Positions 36,209-43,717 of a stretch of 43,717 bases of DNA are shown here, in pieces. This DNA is from Candidatus Krumholzibacteriia bacterium (GTDB lineage Bacteria; Krumholzibacteriota; Krumholzibacteriia; LZORAL124-64-63). Every line of letters starts with the position of its first letter. Position 1 is the stretch's first letter. Both the position numbers and the translations under genes were made by a program. The notes under the pieces are model-generated. The model was given only the letters and a program-made list of their open reading frames with translations. It had not been told where the DNA came from and did not search any database. The stretch spans positions 1 to 43,717 of the forward strand of contig JAWOID010000009.1 in the NCBI GenBank assembly GCA_046484865.1, given 5' to 3'.

Positions 36209-37180
36209 ATGATCGCTTTCGGACCGGTTCCGTCCCGGCGGCTCGGCCGGAGCCTCGGGATCAACAACATCCCACCCAAGCTGTGCCCCTACTCCTGCGT
36301 GTACTGCCAGCTGGGGCGTACGCTGAAGCCGACGTCCGTGCGGCAGCCGTTCTGGGGACCCGGCGAGGTCCTGGCCGCAGTCGAGGCGAAGGTCGCGGCC
36401 AGCAGGCGAGCGGGCGAGCCAATCGATTACTTGACGTTCGTGCCGGACGGCGAACCGACCCTGGACGCCAACCTGGGCCGGACGATCCGGGCGTTGCGGC
36501 CGCTGGACATCCCGATCGCCGTGATCACCAACGGCGCCCTGATGCCGCACGATGATGTCAGGGACGACCTCGCGGAGGCTGATTGGGTCTCGCTGAAGGT
36601 CGATGCCGCGAGCGAGAACGTGTGGCGGCGCATCGATCGCCCGCACGGCCGTCTCCGGCTCGAGCCCATACTGGCGGGGATGCGCGCCTTCGTCGACGGT
36701 TTCGCCGGGATTCTGGCCACCGAGACGATGCTCCTGTCCGATCTCAACGATTCGGAAGCGGAGCTGCGCGCCACCGCCGTACTGGTGGGCGAGTTGCACC
36801 CCGCTGTGGCCTACCTGGGGGTCCCGACCCGCCCGCCGACGGAGCCGTGGGCGCTGCCCGCCGCCGAGAGCACCATCGCCAGTGCCTACGAGATCTTCCG
36901 CGAACGCACCGACCAGGTCGAACTGCTCCTGGGCTACGAGGGCGATGCGTTCGCCGCGACCGGCGACGCGCGCGAGGACCTGCTGGCCATCACGGCGGTC
37001 CACCCCATGCGCGAAGCCGCCGTCAGGCAGCTGATCGAGCGTGATGGCGGCAGCTGGGACCTGGTGCCGGAGCTGATCGAGCACCAGCAGCTGGTCCAGG
37101 TCGATTACCGTGGCCACAGGTACTTCCTGCGACCGATCAGAAGGCCGCCGGCAGACTTTCCCGAGGAAGCGGCCAGATGA
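36209..37180 (+). CDS. Radical SAM protein (FGPVPSRRLG..LG family)
   Basis: CPYSCVYC is a CxxxCxxC motif; also GEPTL, ITNG and SLKVDA. GGGGAGG RBS. Confidence 0.9.
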   Translation: MIAFGPVPSRRLGRSLGINNIPPKLCPYSCVYCQLGRTLKPTSVRQPFWGPGEVLAAVEAKVAASRRAGEPIDYLTFVPDGEPTLDANLGRTIRALRPLDIPIAVITNGALMPHDDVRDDLAEADWVSLKVDAASENVWRRIDRPHGRLRLEPILAGMRAFVDGFAGILATETMLLSDLNDSEAELRATAVLVGELHPAVAYLGVPTRPPTEPWALPAAESTIASAYEIFRERTDQVELLLGYEGDAFAATGDAREDLLAITAVHPMREAAVRQLIERDGGSWDLVPELIEHQQLVQVDYRGHRYFLRPIRRPPADFPEEAAR

Positions 37181-37228
37181 GACAGCGGACAGGAACGGAT
37201 CGTTAGGCCCACGAAGGACTGGCCGACC

Positions 37229-38617
37229 ATGGACAAGGGGCCCCAACCTTCCAGGACGGCGGACGGGAGACCTTTCCTGGAGAGCCTCTCAGCAGAGCGG
37301 TTCGAGGCCGTCCTGGGCAGCATTTCGGACGGCGTCTTCACCATCGATCTGGATGGCAGGATCACCTGCTTCAACCGGGCGGCGCAGGAGATCACCGGCT
37401 ACTCCCGTGACGAGGCCCTCGGCCGGCCATGCCGCGAGATCCTCCGCTCGAACATCTGCCATGGCGCTTGTGCGCTGCGCTACACCATGGAGACCAACAA
37501 GCCGGTCGTGGACCTGCTCGTCCAGATCAGAAACAGGCAGGGCGATGAGATCCCGGTCAGCATCTCGACCGCCCTGTTCCGGGACACGTCGGGTGCGGTC
37601 GTGGGGGGCGTCGAGACCTTCCGCGATTTGCGGCAGGTCGAGGTGCTGCGCAAGCGCCTCGAAGAGACCTACTCCTACCGGGACATCGTGGGCAAGAGCG
37701 ATGGCGTGCGGAAGGTGCTGGAGATCCTCCCCACGATAGCCGAGAGCGACAGCACGATTCTGGTCACGGGTGAGAGCGGCACCGGGAAGGAACTGGTGGC
37801 TCGCGCGATCCACGACCTGAGCACCAGGGCGACCGGGCCCTTCGTGCCGGTCAACAGCGGCGGGATCCCCGACACGCTCATCGAGGCGGAGCTGTTCGGG
37901 TACGAACCCGGAGCCTTCACCGGGGCCGTCAGGTCCAAGCCCGGCCGGGTCGCGCGGGCCGAGAACGGCACGCTCTTCCTGGACGAGATCGGTGACCTGG
38001 CGAGTCACCTCCAGGCGAAGCTGCTGCGTTTCCTCCAGGAGCGGTGCTACGAGCCCCTGGGCGGCGTGCGGTCACGTCGAGCCAACGTCCGGATCGTGGC
38101 CGCCACCAACCACGAGCTCGGCAAAATGGTGGAGGAGGGCACCTTCCGCAGCGACCTCTACTACCGTCTCAACGTGTTCAGGATCCGGATCCCGCCGCTG
38201 CGGGAACGCAGGGGAGATCTGCCGCTACTCATCGCCCATTTCGTCCAGGAATTGAGGGCCGAGCGAGGCAAGCGGGTCGTCGGCTTCACGCCGGCGGCGC
38301 TCAAGATCCTGATGGCATACGACTACCCCGGCAATGTGCGCGAGCTCAGGAACGCCGTGGAACACGGCTTCGTGCTGGCCTCCGGCCCGCTGATCGAGGT
38401 CGAGCATCTCCCGGGCTGGCTGGCGCCGGAGACGGCCTCTTCGCCCGAGCCCTCGAGCCTCGCCGAACTCGAACGGCAGTTCATCCTCTCCGTGCTGCAG
38501 AAGAACGCCGGCAATCGGAACGCCACGGCCCGGGAACTCGGGATCCACAAGACGACCCTGTACCGCAGGATCAGGAGGCTGGGAATCCAGCTTCCCGGAC
38601 AGGACAGGCGTCCCTGA
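37229..38617 (+). CDS. PAS-domain sigma54-dependent activator (bEBP) with Fis HTH
   Basis: PAS domain, then GESGTGKE, ELFG, GAFTGA, LFLDEIG, FRSDLYYRL, YPGNVREL and a C-terminal HTH. Confidence 0.95.
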   Translation: MDKGPQPSRTADGRPFLESLSAERFEAVLGSISDGVFTIDLDGRITCFNRAAQEITGYSRDEALGRPCREILRSNICHGACALRYTMETNKPVVDLLVQIRNRQGDEIPVSISTALFRDTSGAVVGGVETFRDLRQVEVLRKRLEETYSYRDIVGKSDGVRKVLEILPTIAESDSTILVTGESGTGKELVARAIHDLSTRATGPFVPVNSGGIPDTLIEAELFGYEPGAFTGAVRSKPGRVARAENGTLFLDEIGDLASHLQAKLLRFLQERCYEPLGGVRSRRANVRIVAATNHELGKMVEEGTFRSDLYYRLNVFRIRIPPLRERRGDLPLLIAHFVQELRAERGKRVVGFTPAALKILMAYDYPGNVRELRNAVEHGFVLASGPLIEVEHLPGWLAPETASSPEPSSLAELERQFILSVLQKNAGNRNATARELGIHKTTLYRRIRRLGIQLPGQDRRP

Positions 38618-38794
38618 ACCCACGCCTCCACCGTGCCGCCGCCGGGCAGCACCGCCCGGACTGGCAGATACGCTACCCCGTGCTCCCGCACGGTAGCGCC
38701 GGTGCACCCTCGCGGACCGGTTCCTGGGCCGGGCGCCGTCCCTGCTCGCTTCCAGCACGCTGCGGCACTTGCGCTTGGGCCCGCAGCCCGGTCC

Positions 38795-38809
38795 AGGCAC
38801 GGACCATGC
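38795..38809 (+). promoter_or_regulatory. Sigma54 -24/-12 promoter
   Basis: AGGCACG-GACC-ATGC (GG-N10-GC), 56 nt upstream of the operon and next to a bEBP gene. Confidence 0.65.
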
Positions 38810-38864
38810 CCTGGACAGAGGTAGCAACCGTCGGAGTCGGGGGCCGCAGTCAGGAGGCACGGAG

Positions 38865-39071
38865 ATGGATAAGAGCCGCAAGATCGTCTCGACGGACGAA
38901 GATCTCGATAACCAGGCCGGGCCGCACCGCGCAGCGAGGCCACTGAAATTCGTCATGGACAAGAAGGGGGGCAGCTGGCTCTGCGACGCGGACATCGATG
39001 TCGACGAGGACCTCGAGGCGCAGGGCTGCTGGCGATGCGAGGAGATCGCCTTCCCGTTCGGTGGCCGATGA
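38865..39071 (+). CDS. Small Cys-containing hypothetical protein
   Basis: CAGGAGG RBS; 68 aa containing WLCD...QGCWRC; stop overlaps the next ATG (ATGA). Confidence 0.75.
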   Translation: MDKSRKIVSTDEDLDNQAGPHRAARPLKFVMDKKGGSWLCDADIDVDEDLEAQGCWRCEEIAFPFGGR

Positions 39072-40045
39072 CCGGCGCGGAAGACAGACGCACGACGAGC
39101 CCGCGGATGGTGCAGAACTCGACTGATCCAGAGGAGGCCGGCGCCACCTTGAGCCGCCGCCGTTTCCTCGGAACGGCGGTCGGGGCGGCCGTTGCCGGTC
39201 TGCCATCGGGGGCGCGCGCAGAGCACGCCCCCCCGGACCGACCTCAGGTCGGCTGTCTCGTCGACACGACTCTCTGCATCGGCTGCCGCAAGTGCGAGGA
39301 GGCGTGCCACCGTGCCAACGGCCTGCCGCTGCCGGAAGGCTCGTTCGCCGACCGTCACGTCTTCCGGCAGACCCGCCGGCCGAACGCCGACGCCTTCACG
39401 GTCGTGAACTCCTATCCGGGCGAACCATCGCGGGTGCAGCTCGAGCGGGACGAGACCTTCGTGAAGGTCCAGTGCATGCACTGCCTGGACCCGGCCTGCG
39501 TCTCGGCCTGCCTGGTGGGTGCCCTGACCAGGTCGGCGACCGGGCCGGTCGTGTACGACGCCGACAAGTGTATCGGCTGCCGCTACTGCCTCGTCGCTTG
39601 TCCGTTCGAGATCCCGGCCTACGAGTACCTCGACCCGGTCACGCCGCGGATGCGCAAGTGCACCTTCTGCGCCGATCGGCAGCGGCAGACCGGAACCCCG
39701 CCGGCCTGCGCCGCGGCCTGTCCGGTGGAGGCGATCCAGTTCGGCGATCGGAACGAGTTGCTGAATCTGGCTCACCGGAGGATCGAGGAGCGTCCGGACC
39801 GCTACCTGGACCACGTGTACGGAGAGAGGGAGGTGGGCGGCACCTCCTGGCTCTACCTGACGGGACGGCCGCCGACCGATATCGACCTGCTCGACCTGCC
39901 GGAGGAGGCGCCGCCGCGTCTGACGGAATCGATCCAGCACGGCATCTTCGATCACGGAGCCGCCCCGCTGGCCTTCTATGCAGGTCTGGCCGGGCTGATG
40001 TGGCTCATCAGGCGCAAGCAACACGGGGAGGCGGAGGATGAGTGA
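39068..40045 (+). CDS. Tat-exported 4Fe-4S protein (HybA/HmcB/NrfC-like)
   Basis: Tat motif SRRRFLG; four ferredoxin motifs ([41 protein letters not shown]...PACAAACP); [15 protein letters not shown]-terminal TM. Confidence 0.92.
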   Translation: MTGAEDRRTTSPRMVQNSTDPEEAGATLSRRRFLGTAVGAAVAGLPSGARAEHAPPDRPQVGCLVDTTLCIGCRKCEEACHRANGLPLPEGSFADRHVFRQTRRPNADAFTVVNSYPGEPSRVQLERDETFVKVQCMHCLDPACVSACLVGALTRSATGPVVYDADKCIGCRYCLVACPFEIPAYEYLDPVTPRMRKCTFCADRQRQTGTPPACAAACPVEAIQFGDRNELLNLAHRRIEERPDRYLDHVYGEREVGGTSWLYLTGRPPTDIDLLDLPEEAPPRLTESIQHGIFDHGAAPLAFYAGLAGLMWLIRRKQHGEAEDE

Positions 40046-43000
40046 GGGCCGGATGCTCTGCGGCCGGCAACCCTTCTTCTCCGCCGGCGCCGTCATCCTG
40101 CTGGCCGTCATGGCCATCGGCTACAGTTTCGGCATCGCCCGCCTCGTCGCCGGTCTGGCGCCGGTGACCAACCTGTCGGACCAGTACCCCTGGGGGCTCT
40201 GGATCGCGGTCGACGTGGCCAGCGGCGTGGCCCTCGCCGCGGGCGGCTTCACCGTGGCTGCGGTGGTCAACATTTTTGGCCGCCGCAAGTACCGCTCCCT
40301 CGAGCGCCCGGCCCTTCTGACCGCCTGGCTGGGATACATCTTCGTGGCCGTGGGGCTGCTCTTCGACCTCGGGCGCTATTACAACATCTGGCACCCGCTG
40401 ATCTACTGGCAGGGGAATTCGGTGCTCTTCGAGGTCGGCATGTGCGTGATGTGCTACCTGCTGGTTCTGACGGTGGAATTTGCGCCGACCCTGCTCACGG
40501 GACTCGACGAGCACCTTCGTGAACGGCAGGGGCCGCTCCGGTGGCTCACCGGTCTTAAGAGGCCGTTGCGCGCCCTTCAGGAACCCATCCGACACGCCCT
40601 GCCCCTCTTCATCGTCGCAGGCGTCGTGTTTTCCTTCATGCACCAGTCCTCGCTCGGCAGCCTGATGTTGATCGCGCCCACCAAGCTCAGCCCGCTCTGG
40701 TGGACGCCGATCCTGCCGGTGTTATTCCTGCTTTCGGCGATCATGGTGGGGCTGCCCGTCGTGATCCTCGAGTCGATCGCGGCGAGCCGCGCCTTCGGGC
40801 GTGAGCCGGAGATGAGCATCCTGACGCCGCTGTCCCGCATCCTGCCGTGGCTCCTCGGGGTATACGGCGTCGTGAAGGTGGCGGATCTGTTCTGGCGGCA
40901 CGATCTCTCCGTCTTCCGGCTCGACGCCGGCGACTCCGCTGCCTGGCTGGTCGAAGTGGGGGTCGGTGTGCTGATCCCCTTCGTGATGCTGCTGCGGGAG
41001 GAGGTGCGCCGCTCTCCGCGCGGGCTGTGCGCCGCGGTGTCCCTGATCATAGGCGGCGTGGTGCTCAACCGGATCAACGTCTTCCTGGTGGGCTTCCACC
41101 CGCCTTTCGGCGAGCGGGGGTATTTTCCCAGTTTCGGGGAGGTCGCCCTGACCGCCGCCCTCGTGTCGACCTTGATCCTGCTCTACCGCTTCTTCGTCTT
41201 CTACTTCCCGGTGCTGCCGGCGGATGGCAGCGAGGCACCGAGGACGGCGCCGGCGGCCGCGCCGCCGGCCGGACTCGGCCCCTGGGTCGGCCGCGCACTG
41301 GCGGCGGCGATGATCATCGGCATCATCGTCGTCTACGCCGATGTTCACTTCGCCGCTCCCGAGAGCACGCGTCGGGCCGTTGGCGAACTCACCTACCAAG
41401 CCGACCATACAGCGCTCGGGCCGGCGCACGGTCCGACGGCACCGCCGCCGGGGCCGGCCCCCTTCGCACCGAACACGATGCCGGCCTTGCTCTGGATCGA
41501 CCACCAGGTCACGAACGCGCAGATCGACGACTACGCGGCGAGCCGCTTCATGCACCGGGCGCACGCAAGCCGTCTGGGCGGCCAATGTGCCGTCTGCCAT
41601 CACCGCGCGCCGCAAGCGCCGGGCGACAGGATCGGCAGGCGGGTCGAGGCCGGCGACGGGTTCGCTCAGCGGCCGGTTCCCTGTGCCTCCTGCCACCAGC
41701 AAGCCGGCGAGCCGGACCGCCCGCTGCGGGCGGGGCTCAAGGGCGCCTTCCACCAGCGTTGCCTGGGATGTCACGAGAGCTCCGGGGGCGCGGCACCGAC
41801 CGCATGCGATGCCTGCCATCACCGGCATGTCCCCGACCATGCAGACCTGATCCGCCTCGCAAGCGACCCCGCCCCGCGACAGCTGACCGCTCGTTGCCTG
41901 GAATGCCACCCCCAGCAGGGGCGCGATCTGCTCCGGTCCGCCCACTGGAACTGGGCAGGCCCGTCACCCTACACGGTGGGCGCCGAACATCGCAGCGATC
42001 TGGGCAAGCACGCGGTCTTCAATAACTACTGCATCCACGTCGGCTCCAACATCGCCCGCTGCACCCAGTGCCACGTGGGATACGGCTGGGTCGACGACAG
42101 CTTCGACTTCGACGATCCGACCGGCATCGACTGCCTCGTCTGCCACTGCACCAACGGCGCCTATCGCAAGGCCGAGCCCAGTGGCGGGATGCCTGCAGAG
42201 GGGGTCGATCTGCTCGCGGCGGCGCAGAGCGTGGGCCGGCCGTCCCGGGAGACCTGCGGCCGCTGCCACTTCTACGGCGGCGGGGGAGCCAACGTCAAAC
42301 ACGGCGACCTCGAGCCGGCCCTCGTCGCCCCGTCCGACGAGCTGGACGTCCACATGGGCCGGCACGACCTGCTCTGCCAGGACTGCCACACCACGAGGAG
42401 ACACCGCGTCGCGGGGCAGTGCTCGGCCATCCCCACCAGCGAGGGGCGCGTGACCTGCGAGCACTGTCACGGGCCCACACCGCATTCGCTGGGCGGAATC
42501 CTGGGCTTTCACCTCGATGAACACGTCGCCTCCGTCGCCTGTCAGACCTGCCATATCCCGAACTTCGCCCGGGAGGCGCCGACGAAGATCTTCTGGGACT
42601 GGTCGACCGCGGGAACGGATCTGCCGGAGGAGATCGACCGTTACGGGATGGCCCTCTTCTCCCGGCAGAAGGGGTCCTTCACCTGGGCCAAGAACCAGCT
42701 GCCCTGTTACGCGTGGTACAACGGGAAACACAGACGGTACCTGCTCGGCGACACGCTGGCCGCCGATGGCGATCCGGTCCTGAACCAGCCGCAAGGGTCG
42801 TTCCTGGACCCGGCGGCCCGGATCCATCCCTTCAAGTGCTTCGCCGGTCTGCAGCCGATGGATGCCGGGAACCGTACCCTGGCCGTGCCCAACCTGTGGC
42901 AAGGGCTCTGGCAGCACGGTGACTGGGACCGCGCGATCCGGGACGGCATGGCGGCGGTGGACCTGCCGTACTCGGGCGAGTTCACCTTCACGCGGACCAG

Positions 43001-43250
43001 GATGTTCTGGAGTATCAATCACGAGGTCGTGCCTGCAGAGCAGGCCTTGCGTTGCGCCGATTGTCACCGATCCGAGGCCGTCAACTGCGTGCAATGTCAC
43101 GACCGGGTCGAGAGCTTCGAGGCGACGGCGGGGTTGATCGGGCCGGTCGACGCGGCCCACGCTGGCGGACGGCTGGACTTCGTTGCGCTGGGCTACGAAG
43201 GCGATCCGGCCGTGGTCGGCATGCGATGGAGGCAACACACGCGGCCCTGA
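40038..43250 (+). CDS. NrfD/HybB/HmcC-type membrane subunit fused to a cytochrome c3-like tetraheme domain and an octaheme tetrathionate-reductase-like domain (13 CxxCH)
   Basis: NrfD/HybB motifs [24 protein letters not shown] and MHQSSLG. 13 CxxCH motifs counted. Otr-like motifs HWNW, GK...NNYC, CHVGYGW, GGGG..VKHGD and INHEV.P...AL.C..CH. Confidence 0.9.
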   Translation: MSEGRMLCGRQPFFSAGAVILLAVMAIGYSFGIARLVAGLAPVTNLSDQYPWGLWIAVDVASGVALAAGGFTVAAVVNIFGRRKYRSLERPALLTAWLGYIFVAVGLLFDLGRYYNIWHPLIYWQGNSVLFEVGMCVMCYLLVLTVEFAPTLLTGLDEHLRERQGPLRWLTGLKRPLRALQEPIRHALPLFIVAGVVFSFMHQSSLGSLMLIAPTKLSPLWWTPILPVLFLLSAIMVGLPVVILESIAASRAFGREPEMSILTPLSRILPWLLGVYGVVKVADLFWRHDLSVFRLDAGDSAAWLVEVGVGVLIPFVMLLREEVRRSPRGLCAAVSLIIGGVVLNRINVFLVGFHPPFGERGYFPSFGEVALTAALVSTLILLYRFFVFYFPVLPADGSEAPRTAPAAAPPAGLGPWVGRALAAAMIIGIIVVYADVHFAAPESTRRAVGELTYQADHTALGPAHGPTAPPPGPAPFAPNTMPALLWIDHQVTNAQIDDYAASRFMHRAHASRLGGQCAVCHHRAPQAPGDRIGRRVEAGDGFAQRPVPCASCHQQAGEPDRPLRAGLKGAFHQRCLGCHESSGGAAPTACDACHHRHVPDHADLIRLASDPAPRQLTARCLECHPQQGRDLLRSAHWNWAGPSPYTVGAEHRSDLGKHAVFNNYCIHVGSNIARCTQCHVGYGWVDDSFDFDDPTGIDCLVCHCTNGAYRKAEPSGGMPAEGVDLLAAAQSVGRPSRETCGRCHFYGGGGANVKHGDLEPALVAPSDELDVHMGRHDLLCQDCHTTRRHRVAGQCSAIPTSEGRVTCEHCHGPTPHSLGGILGFHLDEHVASVACQTCHIPNFAREAPTKIFWDWSTAGTDLPEEIDRYGMALFSRQKGSFTWAKNQLPCYAWYNGKHRRYLLGDTLAADGDPVLNQPQGSFLDPAARIHPFKCFAGLQPMDAGNRTLAVPNLWQGLWQHGDWDRAIRDGMAAVDLPYSGEFTFTRTRMFWSINHEVVPAEQALRCADCHRSEAVNCVQCHDRVESFEATAGLIGPVDAAHAGGRLDFVALGYEGDPAVVGMRWRQHTRP

Positions 43251-43276
43251 TCCGGCGAATGAGAAGGCCCACCGCG

Positions 43277-43717
43277 TCAGCTCTTCGAGGCAACGCCGAC
43301 GGCAGCGCGGATGGCCGCCAGCAGGACAGTCGAATGCTCACCCTTGTTGACATAGCCGACGGCGCCGGCTGCGCGCATCGCCTCGGCCTGGTCATCGGCC
43401 ACGTAGAGGGAAAGACCGACGATCTTCGTTTCGGGCACCTCGGCCATGATCGCTTTCGTGGCATCGATGCCGTTCACGCCCGGCATGCTGACATCCATGA
43501 CGACCACATCGGGCCGATGGGCCCGGGCCTGATCCACCGCCTGCTCGCCGTCGCTGGCCTCGGCGACGACCGCCATGTCGGGCTCGGCAGCCAGGATTTC
43601 CCTGAGGCCCTGACGGACGATGGCGTGATCGTCCACCAGGAGGACCCGGATCTTGTCCTCGGCGCCACCCGCCGCGGCGACGGGCGCGGCCGGAGACCTC
43701 GGTGACCCCAGCGCAGC
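43277..43717 (-). CDS. Receiver (REC) domain, likely the C-terminus of a hybrid sensor kinase or regulator; 5'-truncated
   Basis: IRVLLVDDHAIVRQGL, PDVVVMDVSMP and AGAVGYVNK. The frame is open to the window edge through an Ala/Pro linker and has no output HTH. Confidence 0.85.
   Translation of the reverse strand, partial: AALGSPRSPAAPVAAAGGAEDKIRVLLVDDHAIVRQGLREILAAEPDMAVVAEASDGEQAVDQARAHRPDVVVMDVSMPGVNGIDATKAIMAEVPETKIVGLSLYVADDQAEAMRAAGAVGYVNKGEHSTVLLAAIRAAVGVASKS

Noticed and set aside
39068..43250. NiFe hydrogenase-2 (hyb) operon
   Set aside because: HybA/HybB-like parts are present, but no hydrogenase subunits or maturation genes are.

Overview
GC-rich bacterial window of about 30 CDS with no rRNA, tRNA or CRISPR array seen. 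Secreted proteins ending in an FlgD-Ig-like domain or a 'TWxxVKxL(Y/F)' tail suggest an FCB-group anaerobe such as Krumholzibacteriota/Latescibacterota (inference). From left to right: a partial NuoF-like and a Cys-extended NuoE-like diaphorase pair downstream of a GAF-like/PPDK_N/nucleotidyltransferase fusion; an arylsulfotransferase, small 'YTGPGAG' membrane protein and PAPS sulfotransferase operon; lipoproteins; an XRE regulator with a membrane protein, followed by a 186-bp CTAG-bounded MITE-like hairpin; a double-glycine PA2779-like protein with a C39 peptidase-TPR-outer-membrane-barrel fusion; a CNNM/CBS protein; two paralogous secreted proteins sharing an N-terminal module; a small OM barrel; a C69 peptidase; a wHTH-TPR regulator and two Hanks kinases; a TetR/SDR/methyltransferase unit divergent from a radical SAM gene; and a sigma54-controlled operon with a small Cys protein, a Tat 4Fe-4S protein and an NrfD/HybB-13-heme cytochrome fusion. 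A truncated receiver-domain gene closes the window. The best candidates for undescribed systems are the C39-barrel/GG-peptide pair, the three-gene sulfate relay and the NrfD-c3-octaheme fusion. All calls come from reading motifs by eye; no database searches were run.
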